Virus record (IMG/VR): IMGVR_UViG_3300045454_000060
Location: 38,456 to 102,455 of that record
Source of the DNA: a virus
DNA: 64,000 nt
Direction: 5' to 3' (one strand)
Shown here: positions 46,420 to 55,523 of the stretch, in pieces
Layout: each line of letters opens with the position of its first letter
Numbering within the stretch: position 1 is the first letter of the stretch
Notes under the pieces: generated by a model
Databases searched by the model: none
What the model was told of the DNA's origin: nothing
Seen by the model: the letters and a program-made list of their open reading frames with translations, nothing else
Made by a program: the position numbers and the translations under genes

Positions 46420-46701
46420 ATGGAGGACGATCGCGCTCGCAGCAGGCGGATCAGCCTTGATCCGCCCGCTCCACCTCCGCCCCTGCGGATCGTCTGCGTC
46501 CACAACCTGGGCGATGGTCTGCGGTTGCACCTGTCGAAGATCGCATCTGCCGACAGGATCAACGTCACCGCCTACCAGAACGATGAGGGCGAGACGACCG
46601 CGATTCTCAATCGCCGCAAGGCGATGGCGCTGCGTGACTGGCTCGACAAGGTGATCGCGCACATGCAGGCCGACGAGGGCGAGGACGAGATCGTCGCCTG
46701 A
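46420..46701 (+). CDS. Hypothetical protein
   Basis: AGGAGG SD. Confidence 0.55.
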   Translation: MEDDRARSRRISLDPPAPPPPLRIVCVHNLGDGLRLHLSKIASADRINVTAYQNDEGETTAILNRRKAMALRDWLDKVIAHMQADEGEDEIVA

Positions 46702-46781
46702 ACGCGCCATAAGTCAGTGCTGGCAGGTCTGTCAGTGCTGACGCATGATCGCATCACGTTGACACTCACGAGGAGCAAGGA

Positions 46782-47234
46782 ATGGGACCGACCATCCAGC
46801 ATGTCATCAAGCGCGTCCTCGACGCCTGGGACGACGAGGAGAACCGGGAAACCGACATCATCGCGGCGCTCGAGGGTCCGATCGAGGCGCTGCGCGAGGT
46901 GGTGATGATCGACATCGGCGTCGAACGGCAGTCGGTCGCGATGCTGAGCACCGCGCACATCACCCGCAACGACGACGCCCTGCTCAGGCAGATCGCCCTG
47001 CGGCAGCGCCAGAACGACGTCGGCTTCGGCCTGATCGTCGCCGAATACAATGGCGGCTGGCTCGTGCGGGTGCCGCGCATCTCGTTCGTCGAGCAGATGC
47101 GCAAGATGGAGGAGATGGGGCTCTCGTCGGCGTTCCAGAACCTGATATCGCTCGCCTCCGCTCAGGACTTCGACTGGCTTCGTCTCGACTGCGACGGACC
47201 CGTCCTCGAGCACCTGCCCGTTTTCGACTGGTGA
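46782..47234 (+). CDS. Hypothetical protein (LSTAHIT..LDCDG..LPVFDW family)
   Basis: Motif pattern common in mobile elements; SD present. Confidence 0.7.
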   Translation: MGPTIQHVIKRVLDAWDDEENRETDIIAALEGPIEALREVVMIDIGVERQSVAMLSTAHITRNDDALLRQIALRQRQNDVGFGLIVAEYNGGWLVRVPRISFVEQMRKMEEMGLSSAFQNLISLASAQDFDWLRLDCDGPVLEHLPVFDW

Positions 47235-47247
47235 AGGGAGGTCACCC

Positions 47248-47772
47248 ATGCCTGACTGCTCGGCTGCGCAGATCATCATCGGCGGGGAGGTCAAGACCCC
47301 CGAGGCGATGGCGGATCTGATGGATGCCCTCGAGAACGAAGGCGTTCTGGGATGGTGCCACGGCGAGCCCGACGAGGGGTGGTGGGACTATCTCTTGAAG
47401 CTCTCCAGGAACGGGGAGCACCTCATCATTCAGAGCAATTGCGTTCCTGGCGGTATGTTTCCGATGCTGGAGGGGGTCTGTTACGAGCACGGGCTCTGTT
47501 TCCAGCGTGCCGATGACGGGCACTACGCCTACGCCCCGTCGAACGCGGCGTTCAAGCCCGCGCTTGGGGGCTTCAATGCCGATGGCACCGTCGAGTCCGG
47601 CCCCTCGATTTCGCTCAAGGAGCTGGTGCACTGGCGCAAGACCGGCGAGCTGTCGGACAAGATCGACTGGTTGGTCTCGCTGTTCGGCGAAATCCCGCCG
47701 CTGAAGATCGCCCAGGCGCTGATCGACGCCGGCAAGGATGGGCTGAAGGCGAAGCCCGCGACGGAAATCTGA
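47248..47772 (+). CDS. Hypothetical protein
   Basis: GGAGG SD. Confidence 0.7.
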   Translation: MPDCSAAQIIIGGEVKTPEAMADLMDALENEGVLGWCHGEPDEGWWDYLLKLSRNGEHLIIQSNCVPGGMFPMLEGVCYEHGLCFQRADDGHYAYAPSNAAFKPALGGFNADGTVESGPSISLKELVHWRKTGELSDKIDWLVSLFGEIPPLKIAQALIDAGKDGLKAKPATEI

Positions 47773-47834
47773 CCCGCCGGGCGGTCACGTGGTTCGGCGG
47801 CAGTCCGCCATAGGATCATCGGAGAAGGAGAGCC

Positions 47835-48983
47835 ATGAGCGCGTTCAGCGTCCCGGTCGTGCGGATCGACGCCATCGAGCCGATCCCGAACGCCGACAAC
47901 ATCGAGGTCGCGCGGATCGGCGGCTATTGTTCGGTGGTGCGCAAGGGGCAGTTCCGCCCCGGCGAGCTCGCCGTCTATCTGCCCGAGGGGGCAGTGGTGC
48001 CGCGCGGCGTGCTGCGCGCGATCGGACTGTGGGAGGATGGCGCTGCCAAGGGCAGGCTTGCGGGGGCGGAGGGCAATCGCATCAAGGCCATCATGCTGCG
48101 TGGCGTGCTCAGTCAGGGCTTGCTGTATCCCGTGGATCAGGCGGGCGAACCCTTCATCACCCTGCCGACCGATGACGGCATCGGCGCGCTGTTCCCGGTC
48201 CGAGAAGGGGACGATGTGGCGGATGCCCTTGGAGTGGCGAAGTGGGAGCCGCCGGTGCCGGCAGAGATGGCGGGCACGGTGATGCCGCTCGACGGCATCC
48301 CGGGCTACGACATTGAGAACCGCAAGCGCTTCCCGGACGTGCTGCTGCTCGGCGAGCCGGTGATCGTCACCGAGAAAATCCACGGCACCTACTGCCTACT
48401 CTCGGTGATCCCGGGGCTCGACCACCCCGGGCTGCTGGACGGTGATCTGGTCGCCTCCAGCAAGGGGTTCGGGGCGCGTGGACTGGTCTTCATGACGGCG
48501 GAAGGGCTCAATCAGGGCAACATCTATGTGCAGATGTTGCGCAACTTCAAAGCTCAGCTCCTGAAGCTGCGGGAATACAGCCGGCGCTTCCATGACGGCG
48601 AACCCATTCACGTCGCCGGCGAGCTCTACGGCGTGCAGGATCTGACATACGGTCTGCCCTCGGGGGTGCGGCGCTTCCGCGCCTTCGATGTCTATGTCGG
48701 GCACAAGGGTCGCGGTCGCTGGCTCGGCTGTTCGGCGAAAGCCTATCTGCTTGCACAGATGGGCATCGCGATGGTCGATGTGCTCTACGAGGGGCCCTAT
48801 CACGACGGGCTGCTCGATCTGGCGCAGGGCGACAGCATCACGGGCAACGAGACGCATTTGCGCGAGGGCATCGTCATCACGCCGCTGCTGGAACGGCGCG
48901 ATCCGCGCCTGGGGCGGGTGATTCTGAAGGAGATCAACCCGCACTACCTGCTGCGCAAGGGCAAGGTGACGGAGTATCAGTGA
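47835..48983 (+). CDS. ATP-dependent RNA ligase, DRB0094/Rnl5 family
   Basis: N-terminal OB-like IEPIPNADNIE..LRGVLSQGL; TEKIHGT, GELYG, AFD, REGIVI, LKEINPHYL. Confidence 0.9.
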   Translation: MSAFSVPVVRIDAIEPIPNADNIEVARIGGYCSVVRKGQFRPGELAVYLPEGAVVPRGVLRAIGLWEDGAAKGRLAGAEGNRIKAIMLRGVLSQGLLYPVDQAGEPFITLPTDDGIGALFPVREGDDVADALGVAKWEPPVPAEMAGTVMPLDGIPGYDIENRKRFPDVLLLGEPVIVTEKIHGTYCLLSVIPGLDHPGLLDGDLVASSKGFGARGLVFMTAEGLNQGNIYVQMLRNFKAQLLKLREYSRRFHDGEPIHVAGELYGVQDLTYGLPSGVRRFRAFDVYVGHKGRGRWLGCSAKAYLLAQMGIAMVDVLYEGPYHDGLLDLAQGDSITGNETHLREGIVITPLLERRDPRLGRVILKEINPHYLLRKGKVTEYQ

Positions 48984-49201
48984 TGAATCTGAGCGTCATG
49001 ACCATCAGCCAGGTGCTCGAGACCGCCGGTTACGGACATCGGCCGAGCCGGCACGTGAAACCCTGCGCGCATGACATCTACCGGCTTGACACCGGCGAGG
49101 TAGTGGCGACGCTGCGAGCCGGCGAAGCCTACGATTTCGCGATGCAGGCGCTCGAGGCGCGCCGGAACACGATGATACCAGGAGAGCGCGCGCTGTCGTA
49201 A
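48983..49201 (+). CDS. Hypothetical protein
   Basis: TGATG overlap. Confidence 0.5.
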   Translation: MNLSVMTISQVLETAGYGHRPSRHVKPCAHDIYRLDTGEVVATLRAGEAYDFAMQALEARRNTMIPGERALS

Positions 49202-49238
49202 AACAGCGACAGACGAGGCAGAGCTAAAGGGCTGAGAG

Positions 49239-49529
49239 ATGCCGGCCAACCCGCCGACGCGCAACTTCCGATTGATGCTGGCGCGCGGCTTCATGCCGCT
49301 GTGGGAGCCGGGCGAGTGCGAGATCGTTGGCTGGGTGCTTGGCGGGAACGACGACAAGGCGCTCGCCAAGTATCGCGGGGTCTACGAGGGACCGAACAGC
49401 GATCTGCGCGTGATCGGTGTGCAGATACGCGATCGGGAAATCTATAATCGGCGCGGCTACTACGGTCGGGCGCCGATGAAATACGACCTGGTTGCCGGCT
49501 ACGAACCCGTGTTCGCGAGCGAGCCATGA
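49239..49529 (+). CDS. Hypothetical protein
   Basis: ORF; ATGA overlap with the next gene. Confidence 0.55.
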   Translation: MPANPPTRNFRLMLARGFMPLWEPGECEIVGWVLGGNDDKALAKYRGVYEGPNSDLRVIGVQIRDREIYNRRGYYGRAPMKYDLVAGYEPVFASEP

Positions 49530-50122
49530 CGGCGCGCGTCATCGAGCACATCACCCTCACCACCGGCGCGACGCGCATGAGTCCGCGCAGCGAGGTGGAA
49601 AATCGCGTGATTGCGTTCCTGCATCGCGCCCTCGCCGGCGATGGATCCCTGCCGGACGGGTGGCACGTGCAGGTGACGCCGGTTGAACGCGGGGTCTGGC
49701 GCTTCACGCTCGGGCGCAACGGGCGCGTGATCGTGCGCTGCTGGCTGTGTGCCGAGAAGGCTGCCAGCGAGGCGCTGTGGGAGGAGGCCATCAGCGAGGG
49801 GCTGCTGGACGAGCGTGCCGTGGTGCATCGCCCGCGCGGCGTGCCCTGGCTCGCCTGTGCGCTGACGGTGGAGGCGCTGCATGCCACGCCCGACGAGCTG
49901 ATGACGGCGGGCGACGCCGAGCGCTGCGTCGCCTGGGCGCTGCTGGAGCAGGGCAAGCAAAGGGGGGGCGGAGATGATCGGCATCCTGATCAGAGCGTTG
50001 CGGGGGCTGGGAACGGCGGGCGCGCACGGACTTGCCGACGAGATCGAGCGCGACGGGTTGACCGCCAAGCGTGCGGAGGCTGTCGGCGAGATCGCCGGCG
50101 AGGCCATTCGCAAGGCCGATGA
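49526..50122 (+). CDS. Hypothetical protein (true end may be near 49977)
   Basis: Overlaps the next gene by 149 nt after a G7 run. Confidence 0.55.
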   Translation: MTARVIEHITLTTGATRMSPRSEVENRVIAFLHRALAGDGSLPDGWHVQVTPVERGVWRFTLGRNGRVIVRCWLCAEKAASEALWEEAISEGLLDERAVVHRPRGVPWLACALTVEALHATPDELMTAGDAERCVAWALLEQGKQRGGGDDRHPDQSVAGAGNGGRARTCRRDRARRVDRQACGGCRRDRRRGHSQGR

Positions 50123-50321
50123 AGCGCGCACTCTTGCCTATCGGCTGCTGGATCAGGATCGGGCAGCGGATGATCTCGACGAGGACTATCCAGGGGATCG
50201 CTCTGATCTGCGCGTCTTCATCGCGAACGCGGTGGAGGACGCCTATAAGCAGACCATTCGGCGTGCGGCCTCGGTAGGCGCTGCGGCCAAGATCGCCTTC
50301 GAGCATATGCGGGAAGGATGA
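49974..50321 (+). CDS. Hypothetical protein
   Basis: Protein-like composition; G-rich SD. Confidence 0.6.
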   Translation: MIGILIRALRGLGTAGAHGLADEIERDGLTAKRAEAVGEIAGEAIRKADEARTLAYRLLDQDRAADDLDEDYPGDRSDLRVFIANAVEDAYKQTIRRAASVGAAAKIAFEHMREG

Positions 50322-50417
50322 GATGCCGAAAGGCAGCACCTGAAGAAAGCGCTTGCACGCCAATCATCGCTGAGTGACAACGGGACGTGCCGCGCAACAC
50401 GGCAGAGGAGAAGGGTG

Positions 50418-50951
50418 ATGGATGTCGAGCAGATGGCTGCGCGCCTGCGCGAGATGATCGCACGGCGCATGGACGAGTGCGAGGCGAAGGGCAATCTGAC
50501 CCAGAGGGACAAGTGGGCAGTGGAGCTCAAGCATCTCACGCTGCCCGCCTACTGCCAGGCGCTGACGGCGGTCGGCTTTGACCCGGCGCGGCTCGGCACG
50601 CTGGCGATCTACGCCACCACCAAGCTGCGACGCCTGGTGGCGCACTATCTCGGGGTCGGCCGCGCCGACCCCTACACCTTCGAGATCATTCGCAACGCGC
50701 GCGTGATCGCCGAGCAGGGCAACCCGATGGCGAACCGCCTGATGACCGCCACGCTGTCGGCGAAGCTGCGCGTCGAGGGCATCACCCTGCCGACGCGGCG
50801 CGAGGGCAGCGAGGGCACGGCCTCCACCCAGGCCTCCTCGACGCGCATGGCGCTTGCGGCGCTCGGCGCCGGCAAGGCAGAGGGGAAGGGGCCAGGGGCC
50901 CGCTTCGAGATCGACTTCGCCCATCCGATCATGCGCACGGTGATCACGTGA
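50418..50951 (+). CDS. Winged-helix-like hypothetical protein
   Basis: EGTASTQASSTRMALAALG; own promoter and SD. Confidence 0.7.
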   Translation: MDVEQMAARLREMIARRMDECEAKGNLTQRDKWAVELKHLTLPAYCQALTAVGFDPARLGTLAIYATTKLRRLVAHYLGVGRADPYTFEIIRNARVIAEQGNPMANRLMTATLSAKLRVEGITLPTRREGSEGTASTQASSTRMALAALGAGKAEGKGPGARFEIDFAHPIMRTVIT

Positions 50952-51037
50952 CGGGCTTCAAGCCGCAAGATCGCACTTGCCGGTGACTCACCCCTGAGCG
51001 ATCTTGCATCAGCACAACGGCAAGAGGAGTGCATCGA

Positions 51038-51403
51038 ATGACCAGCATGCCGGAAATCACCATACCGAAGGTCAACGTGCCGGAGGCAGACATGCCGGAA
51101 ATCAGCGAACGCGAGGTGCTGAACATCGCGTCCAAGCTCGCGCTGGCTGACAACTATGCGGCCTACCGCGATCGTGCGATCGAGCTGGCGAGGGGTCTTT
51201 CGACTTTGGCCAGCTACGGCCTCATCAAGAGCACCTCCCGGCGACACGCACGCATCACCCCGGAGATGCGCGAGCAGATGGAAACCATGCTGGCGCAGGG
51301 CGTGTCGCAGCGGACGGTCGCGAAGACCGTTGGCGTGTCGCTCGCGTCCGTGGCACGGCATGTGTGGCTGAAGCGGCAGGGCAATCGCCGCAAGAGGGGC
51401 TGA
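51038..51403 (+). CDS. C-terminal HTH DNA-binding protein
   Basis: MLAQGVSQRTVAKTVGVSLASVARH. Confidence 0.75.
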   Translation: MTSMPEITIPKVNVPEADMPEISEREVLNIASKLALADNYAAYRDRAIELARGLSTLASYGLIKSTSRRHARITPEMREQMETMLAQGVSQRTVAKTVGVSLASVARHVWLKRQGNRRKRG

Positions 51404-51404
51404 C

Positions 51405-52208
51405 ATGCCCAATCACGTCACCACGCGCTGCGTCGTGCGCGGCGAGGCGGCCGATCTGGCGCTGTTCCGGGCGCGCATGCTGGTGCAGAAGCCCGAGCTC
51501 CATCGGTCATGGCACGAGGATCCCGAGAAGCGCGATCAGCCGACCGGCAAGACCTATACGGCCTTCGATTTCGAGGGCGTGCTGCCGATGCCCGAGACCG
51601 TCAAGAAGACGGAGAGTTCCTCTGTGCGCGACTTCTGGCTGTTCGCGCTGACCGGGGAGTATCCGCTGGCCGCGCACACCGGCAAGACGCCGCTCGACTA
51701 TCCCTGGGCGCAGAGGGACGGGATCACCACGCGCAAGGCGTTCGAGGGCTGGCTGGAGAGGACCTACCCGGACGGGCGCGCGGCGGCCGAGCGCTCGCTC
51801 AAGGCGAGGGGGGAGACCGGGTGCCTCGACTGGTATGAGTGGGCGCGCCGGCATTGGGGCACCAAGTGGAACGCCTACGACACCAGCATCGTCGCCGAGA
51901 GCGACACCGCCATCGAGTTCACCTTCAACACCGCCTGGAGTTTTCCCACACCCGTGTTCGACGCGCTGGCGAAGGCGTTCCCGTCCCTGGTGTTCGAGTG
52001 CTGGGCCTTCGAGGAAGGCTGGATGTTCGCCGGCGAGGGCGGTTTCTGTGACGACCCGTCGCGGCTGCACGCGCTCGGCATCAAGGAGTTCGAGCTGGTC
52101 GATCCGAGCAGGGCGCTCTACCGGAAAGTCTACGGGCGTTCGCCGATCACGTTCGGGCCTCCACCGATCACGATTGGACATTCGCCGATCAAGATCACTG
52201 AAACCTGA
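51405..52208 (+). CDS. DUF1281/YubB-like ferredoxin-fold protein
   Basis: MPNH..FDF..LPMP..WYEW..HWGTKWN..FNTAWS. Confidence 0.8.
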   Translation: MPNHVTTRCVVRGEAADLALFRARMLVQKPELHRSWHEDPEKRDQPTGKTYTAFDFEGVLPMPETVKKTESSSVRDFWLFALTGEYPLAAHTGKTPLDYPWAQRDGITTRKAFEGWLERTYPDGRAAAERSLKARGETGCLDWYEWARRHWGTKWNAYDTSIVAESDTAIEFTFNTAWSFPTPVFDALAKAFPSLVFECWAFEEGWMFAGEGGFCDDPSRLHALGIKEFELVDPSRALYRKVYGRSPITFGPPPITIGHSPIKITET

Positions 52209-52279
52209 ACATCGCGCTTGCGCGCCACTCAGCGCTGAGCGATAACGGGGTATCGGCACGGCAGCGGAAGGAGAGGGAC

Positions 52280-52543
52280 ATGAGCGACTGGTGGCTCGTC
52301 ATCGGCAGCACCTTCTCGTGGGGCGTCGCTGGCGCCGGTCTGCCGGCCCCGGAATACGGGCCGTTCTACAGCCAATATGCCTGCGAGGCGACGTTGGCGC
52401 GCGTGCTGACGCTCGCCGAGCTGGACAACGCCAAGCAGCAGTTCGAGGGCGAGGTGGTGATCCCCGATTTCGAGTTCGGCGGCTGGCACGTCGAGCGCGC
52501 CCGCTGCGAGGCACGCGCGCCCGCAGCCATCAGTCAGCGGTAA
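52280..52543 (+). CDS. Hypothetical protein
   Basis: SD and upstream promoter motif. Confidence 0.6.
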   Translation: MSDWWLVIGSTFSWGVAGAGLPAPEYGPFYSQYACEATLARVLTLAELDNAKQQFEGEVVIPDFEFGGWHVERARCEARAPAAISQR

Positions 52544-52551
52544 GGAGTGTC

Positions 52552-52932
52552 ATGAAACCGATGGTCCATGCCCTGTCATCGGCCCGCAGATTCGGCGGCA
52601 AACCGGATGACTACCTGGCGATCCACGACTGGTTCGACAGCACGAAGGCGGCGCTGCCGGACATTCGCCATCGCGTGATCCTGCACAACGCCTTCGGCTG
52701 CTTCCTGGCCGAGCAGGTGTTCGGGCACACGCTGGTCAACAGCGACGGCAAGACGGTGCATGTGCGCGACGTGGCCGAGCAGCACGTGATCGAGGATCTC
52801 GGCTTCATCCCGACCATCGAGCGCTGCCTGGAGAAGCTGCCGATCGAGCCCTGGATGGCGGGCGGGATCAGGCGCTTCCAGCAGGCGGAGCGCGAGCGCG
52901 AGGCGAACACCCAGCCCGTGCTGGTGGACTGA
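52552..52932 (+). CDS. His-rich conserved phage protein
   Basis: HALSSARRFGG..IHDWFD..HRVILH..EQHVIEDLG; TAAGGAG SD. Confidence 0.75.
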   Translation: MKPMVHALSSARRFGGKPDDYLAIHDWFDSTKAALPDIRHRVILHNAFGCFLAEQVFGHTLVNSDGKTVHVRDVAEQHVIEDLGFIPTIERCLEKLPIEPWMAGGIRRFQQAEREREANTQPVLVD

Positions 52933-52955
52933 ACAACCGAGCAACGGAGGAGAAC

Positions 52956-53444
52956 ATGAGCGACCTGACGAACGCCATCGAGGCCGATCTGCAGGAGCTG
53001 GAGCGCCTGCAGGCCGAGACCAGGAATGCCATGCAGCGCGCCACTCAGAACCTGCTGGAGAGCGGCTTCAAGGCGTTCTTCGCCGCCTTCCCGGAGGTGA
53101 AGACGATCCACTGGGCGTCCTACACGCCCTACTTCAACGACGGCGATGCCTGCGTGCACACGATCACGGACATCTGCTTCAGCGCCACCCCGCATGAGGA
53201 TCTGATGTCTCCCTACGGAGACGACGACGAGGGCAACCTGCCGATCAGCGGCGAGCGCTGGGACCGGGAGGCGCGCGGATGGCGCCCCGACCCCAACGTG
53301 ACGCCCGAGCTGAAGGCGGCGATGACGAGCATCGCCAGGCTGATCGAGCGCCTCGACCCGCTCCTCACCGAGACCTACGGCGACCATCGGTATTACCGCG
53401 TGCATAGCGGCGGCCTCGTCGTGGAGGAGTATGACCACGAGTGA
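52956..53444 (+). CDS. Hypothetical protein (YTPYFNDGD motif)
   Basis: GGAGGAG SD. Confidence 0.75.
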   Translation: MSDLTNAIEADLQELERLQAETRNAMQRATQNLLESGFKAFFAAFPEVKTIHWASYTPYFNDGDACVHTITDICFSATPHEDLMSPYGDDDEGNLPISGERWDREARGWRPDPNVTPELKAAMTSIARLIERLDPLLTETYGDHRYYRVHSGGLVVEEYDHE

Positions 53445-53527
53445 GCGCCGATTGACGCCGCGACTCTGTGCTGGTAGGTCACTCATCCCTGAGCGATCAT
53501 GCCAGCACAGAGAACGGCATGGAGGGC

Positions 53528-53827
53528 ATGATGTTCTTCTACTCCGACGCTTCCGAGCAGGTCTCGCGCGGCCCCAGGAAGGGCTACGAGCATTGGGATG
53601 CCTGCAAGGCGTGGGCCATGCACACCTACAACCGCATCTGCCTCCAGCACATCAGCGCGACCACGCGCGACTTCAGGGAGAAGGCGCAGGCCGAGAGGGA
53701 GATCCAAATCTGCGACCGCAAGCGCGCCTGGTGGGAGAAGCACCCGAACTTCTCGAGCGCGGGCGCGAGCGGCGCCTTCGAGCGCGATTTCCGCATGGCG
53801 CTGCCTGCGGAGCTGCGCCGTGAGTGA
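53528..53827 (+). CDS. Hypothetical protein
   Basis: GGAGGG SD. Confidence 0.6.
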   Translation: MMFFYSDASEQVSRGPRKGYEHWDACKAWAMHTYNRICLQHISATTRDFREKAQAEREIQICDRKRAWWEKHPNFSSAGASGAFERDFRMALPAELRRE

Positions 53828-53924
53828 GTTTCCCTGCCTGGTGGGTTTTGTCGCGGGGATCGTCGTTGGCGTGACACTGATGACCCTGGTCGCGCGCTGG
53901 GCGCTGCGCACCGATCAATCGTGA
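53820..53924 (+). CDS. Small single-TM protein
   Basis: Hydrophobic LVGFVAGIVVGVTLMTLV. Confidence 0.4.
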   Translation: MSEFPCLVGFVAGIVVGVTLMTLVARWALRTDQS

Positions 53925-53946
53925 ACCGTCTGAAGGAGATGCAAGC

Positions 53947-54369
53947 ATGACCGTCATCAGCGGGGATGATCTGCCGAGGGAGTGGACGCAGCAGGCCGTG
54001 TTCGAGCACGTCTCGCGGCACCTGTTCCGCCAGGGCAGGAAGGCGGCGGCCAACGGCGACTGCCTCTATCGCGGGCCAGACGGGACCTGCTGCGCGGTCG
54101 GCTGCCTGATCCCGGACGAGGTCTACTCGGAGAGCATGGAGGGTAGGTGCATTCATGCGCTGATCCATCAGGACGCCCGCGACAGCCTCGCCTATCTCGA
54201 GCCGTTCTCTCAACTGCTGGAGAGCCTGCAGTCGGTGCACGACTCCAGCTCCGCATGGGAGTCCTCGCGCAACATGCGCGCGGAGCTGCGTCATGTCGGC
54301 GAAGGTTGCGGGTTAAAGGTTGGCTTCCTGCGCCGCCTGCGCTTCGCCTGGGACGGGAAGGGCGCATGA
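53947..54369 (+). CDS. Hypothetical protein (CLYR..CAVGCLIPD..LQSVHD family)
   Basis: AAGGAG SD; Cys/His motif. Confidence 0.75.
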   Translation: MTVISGDDLPREWTQQAVFEHVSRHLFRQGRKAAANGDCLYRGPDGTCCAVGCLIPDEVYSESMEGRCIHALIHQDARDSLAYLEPFSQLLESLQSVHDSSSAWESSRNMRAELRHVGEGCGLKVGFLRRLRFAWDGKGA

Positions 54370-54599
54370 ACCCGCACATCAACGCGCTGCACGCCTTCTG
54401 CACCGTGCTCTCGGCCGTGTTCAAGTGGGCACGCGAGCACGAGACCGCACGTCGCATCTCGACCGTCGCCGTCGCCGATATTGGCGTCAGGACGATGAAC
54501 CAGATGCTGCACGATGCCGGGCTGCCGCTGCCGTCGGCCGAGATCCAGCACGAGCTTCGGCTGTGTCTGCACGGCTGCGCCGAGAACACCCGGAAATGA
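54366..54599 (+). CDS. Hypothetical protein
   Basis: ATGA overlap. Confidence 0.55.
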   Translation: MNPHINALHAFCTVLSAVFKWAREHETARRISTVAVADIGVRTMNQMLHDAGLPLPSAEIQHELRLCLHGCAENTRK

Positions 54600-54664
54600 G
54601 CGCTTGAACACCACTCAGCGCTGAGCGATACAGGGACAGCGCAGAGAGACAGGCAGGAGGGACG

Positions 54665-54955
54665 ATGCACCAGTTCACGACAATCGCGCCGGTGCAGCAT
54701 CTCGGCAGGGTCCGACCGACGCTTAACCCCGAGGATGCGCCCCTGGCACGGGACCTGCTCGGCATCGAGTGGCCGGAGAACGTGCAGAGCGTGCACGAGT
54801 GGCTGCAGGCGCTCAGGTTCCATCTGCCGCGGCAGAACAAGGAGCCCTTCACGGGCATCACCCAGGGCACCGACTGGTGGCGCGTCACCGGCTTCATCTG
54901 CGAGGCGATCGCGCTGCTGCTCAGGGGCGAGGATTTCCCGGAGGAGCTGGCATGA
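54665..54955 (+). CDS. Hypothetical protein
   Basis: AGGAGG SD; promoter motif upstream. Confidence 0.65.
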   Translation: MHQFTTIAPVQHLGRVRPTLNPEDAPLARDLLGIEWPENVQSVHEWLQALRFHLPRQNKEPFTGITQGTDWWRVTGFICEAIALLLRGEDFPEELA

Positions 54956-55116
54956 ACATCTGGCTCGTCTTCGGGCTGCTGCTGCTCGGCATCGCCTTCA
55001 CCCTGCTGATGCCGCCCGCCTGGCCCCCGATCGCGGCGCTGATCGCCGGTGCGTGTGGCGCGCTCGGGGTGGTCGCGGTCTCGATCGGCGTGCATCTCAT
55101 GCTGGAGGACGAGTGA
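54952..55116 (+). CDS. Small membrane protein
   Basis: Two hydrophobic helices; ATGA overlap. Confidence 0.6.
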   Translation: MNIWLVFGLLLLGIAFTLLMPPAWPPIAALIAGACGALGVVAVSIGVHLMLEDE

Positions 55117-55117
55117 C

Positions 55118-55282
55118 ATGATCGGCTGGATCGTCATCGCGCTCGCCGCTCTGATCGCGCTCGCGATCTGGCTGACGGGCTCGCTGCTGCTCGGCGTGTT
55201 CTTCTGGTTCGTCGGCAGCGCCCTGCTGTTCCTGGCGAGCTACTGGATCTGGAGTGCCGCCCATGACCCCGCCCGCAAGTGA
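55118..55282 (+). CDS. Small membrane protein
   Basis: Two hydrophobic helices; GGAGG SD. Confidence 0.6.
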   Translation: MIGWIVIALAALIALAIWLTGSLLLGVFFWFVGSALLFLASYWIWSAAHDPARK

Positions 55283-55523
55283 GCCCTGGCGCCCCTTCGA
55301 CGAGGGCAAGGTGCCGCGCAACGAGTGGTTCCTCGTCCTGCTGGCGAAGCCGATGTGGGGCAATCGCGTCTGGCCGATGGTCGTCTGGGACAACATGTCC
55401 ATGATCGGCATGCGCTTCGCCTTCGATGTCAGCGAGAACGGCGACAACCGCGTCCTGATGTGGCGGCCGATGGTGGCGCTGCCGCAGGAGCACGCGCAGG
55501 AGGTGAACGATGCGGCGCCCTGA
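55263..55523 (+). CDS. Hypothetical protein
   Basis: EPWRPF..MWRPM..LP; overlaps the rtcB start. Confidence 0.55.
   Translation: MTPPASEPWRPFDEGKVPRNEWFLVLLAKPMWGNRVWPMVVWDNMSMIGMRFAFDVSENGDNRVLMWRPMVALPQEHAQEVNDAAP

Noticed and set aside
49046-49063. CACGTGAAAC as a second parS
   Set aside because: Half-site only, inside a CDS
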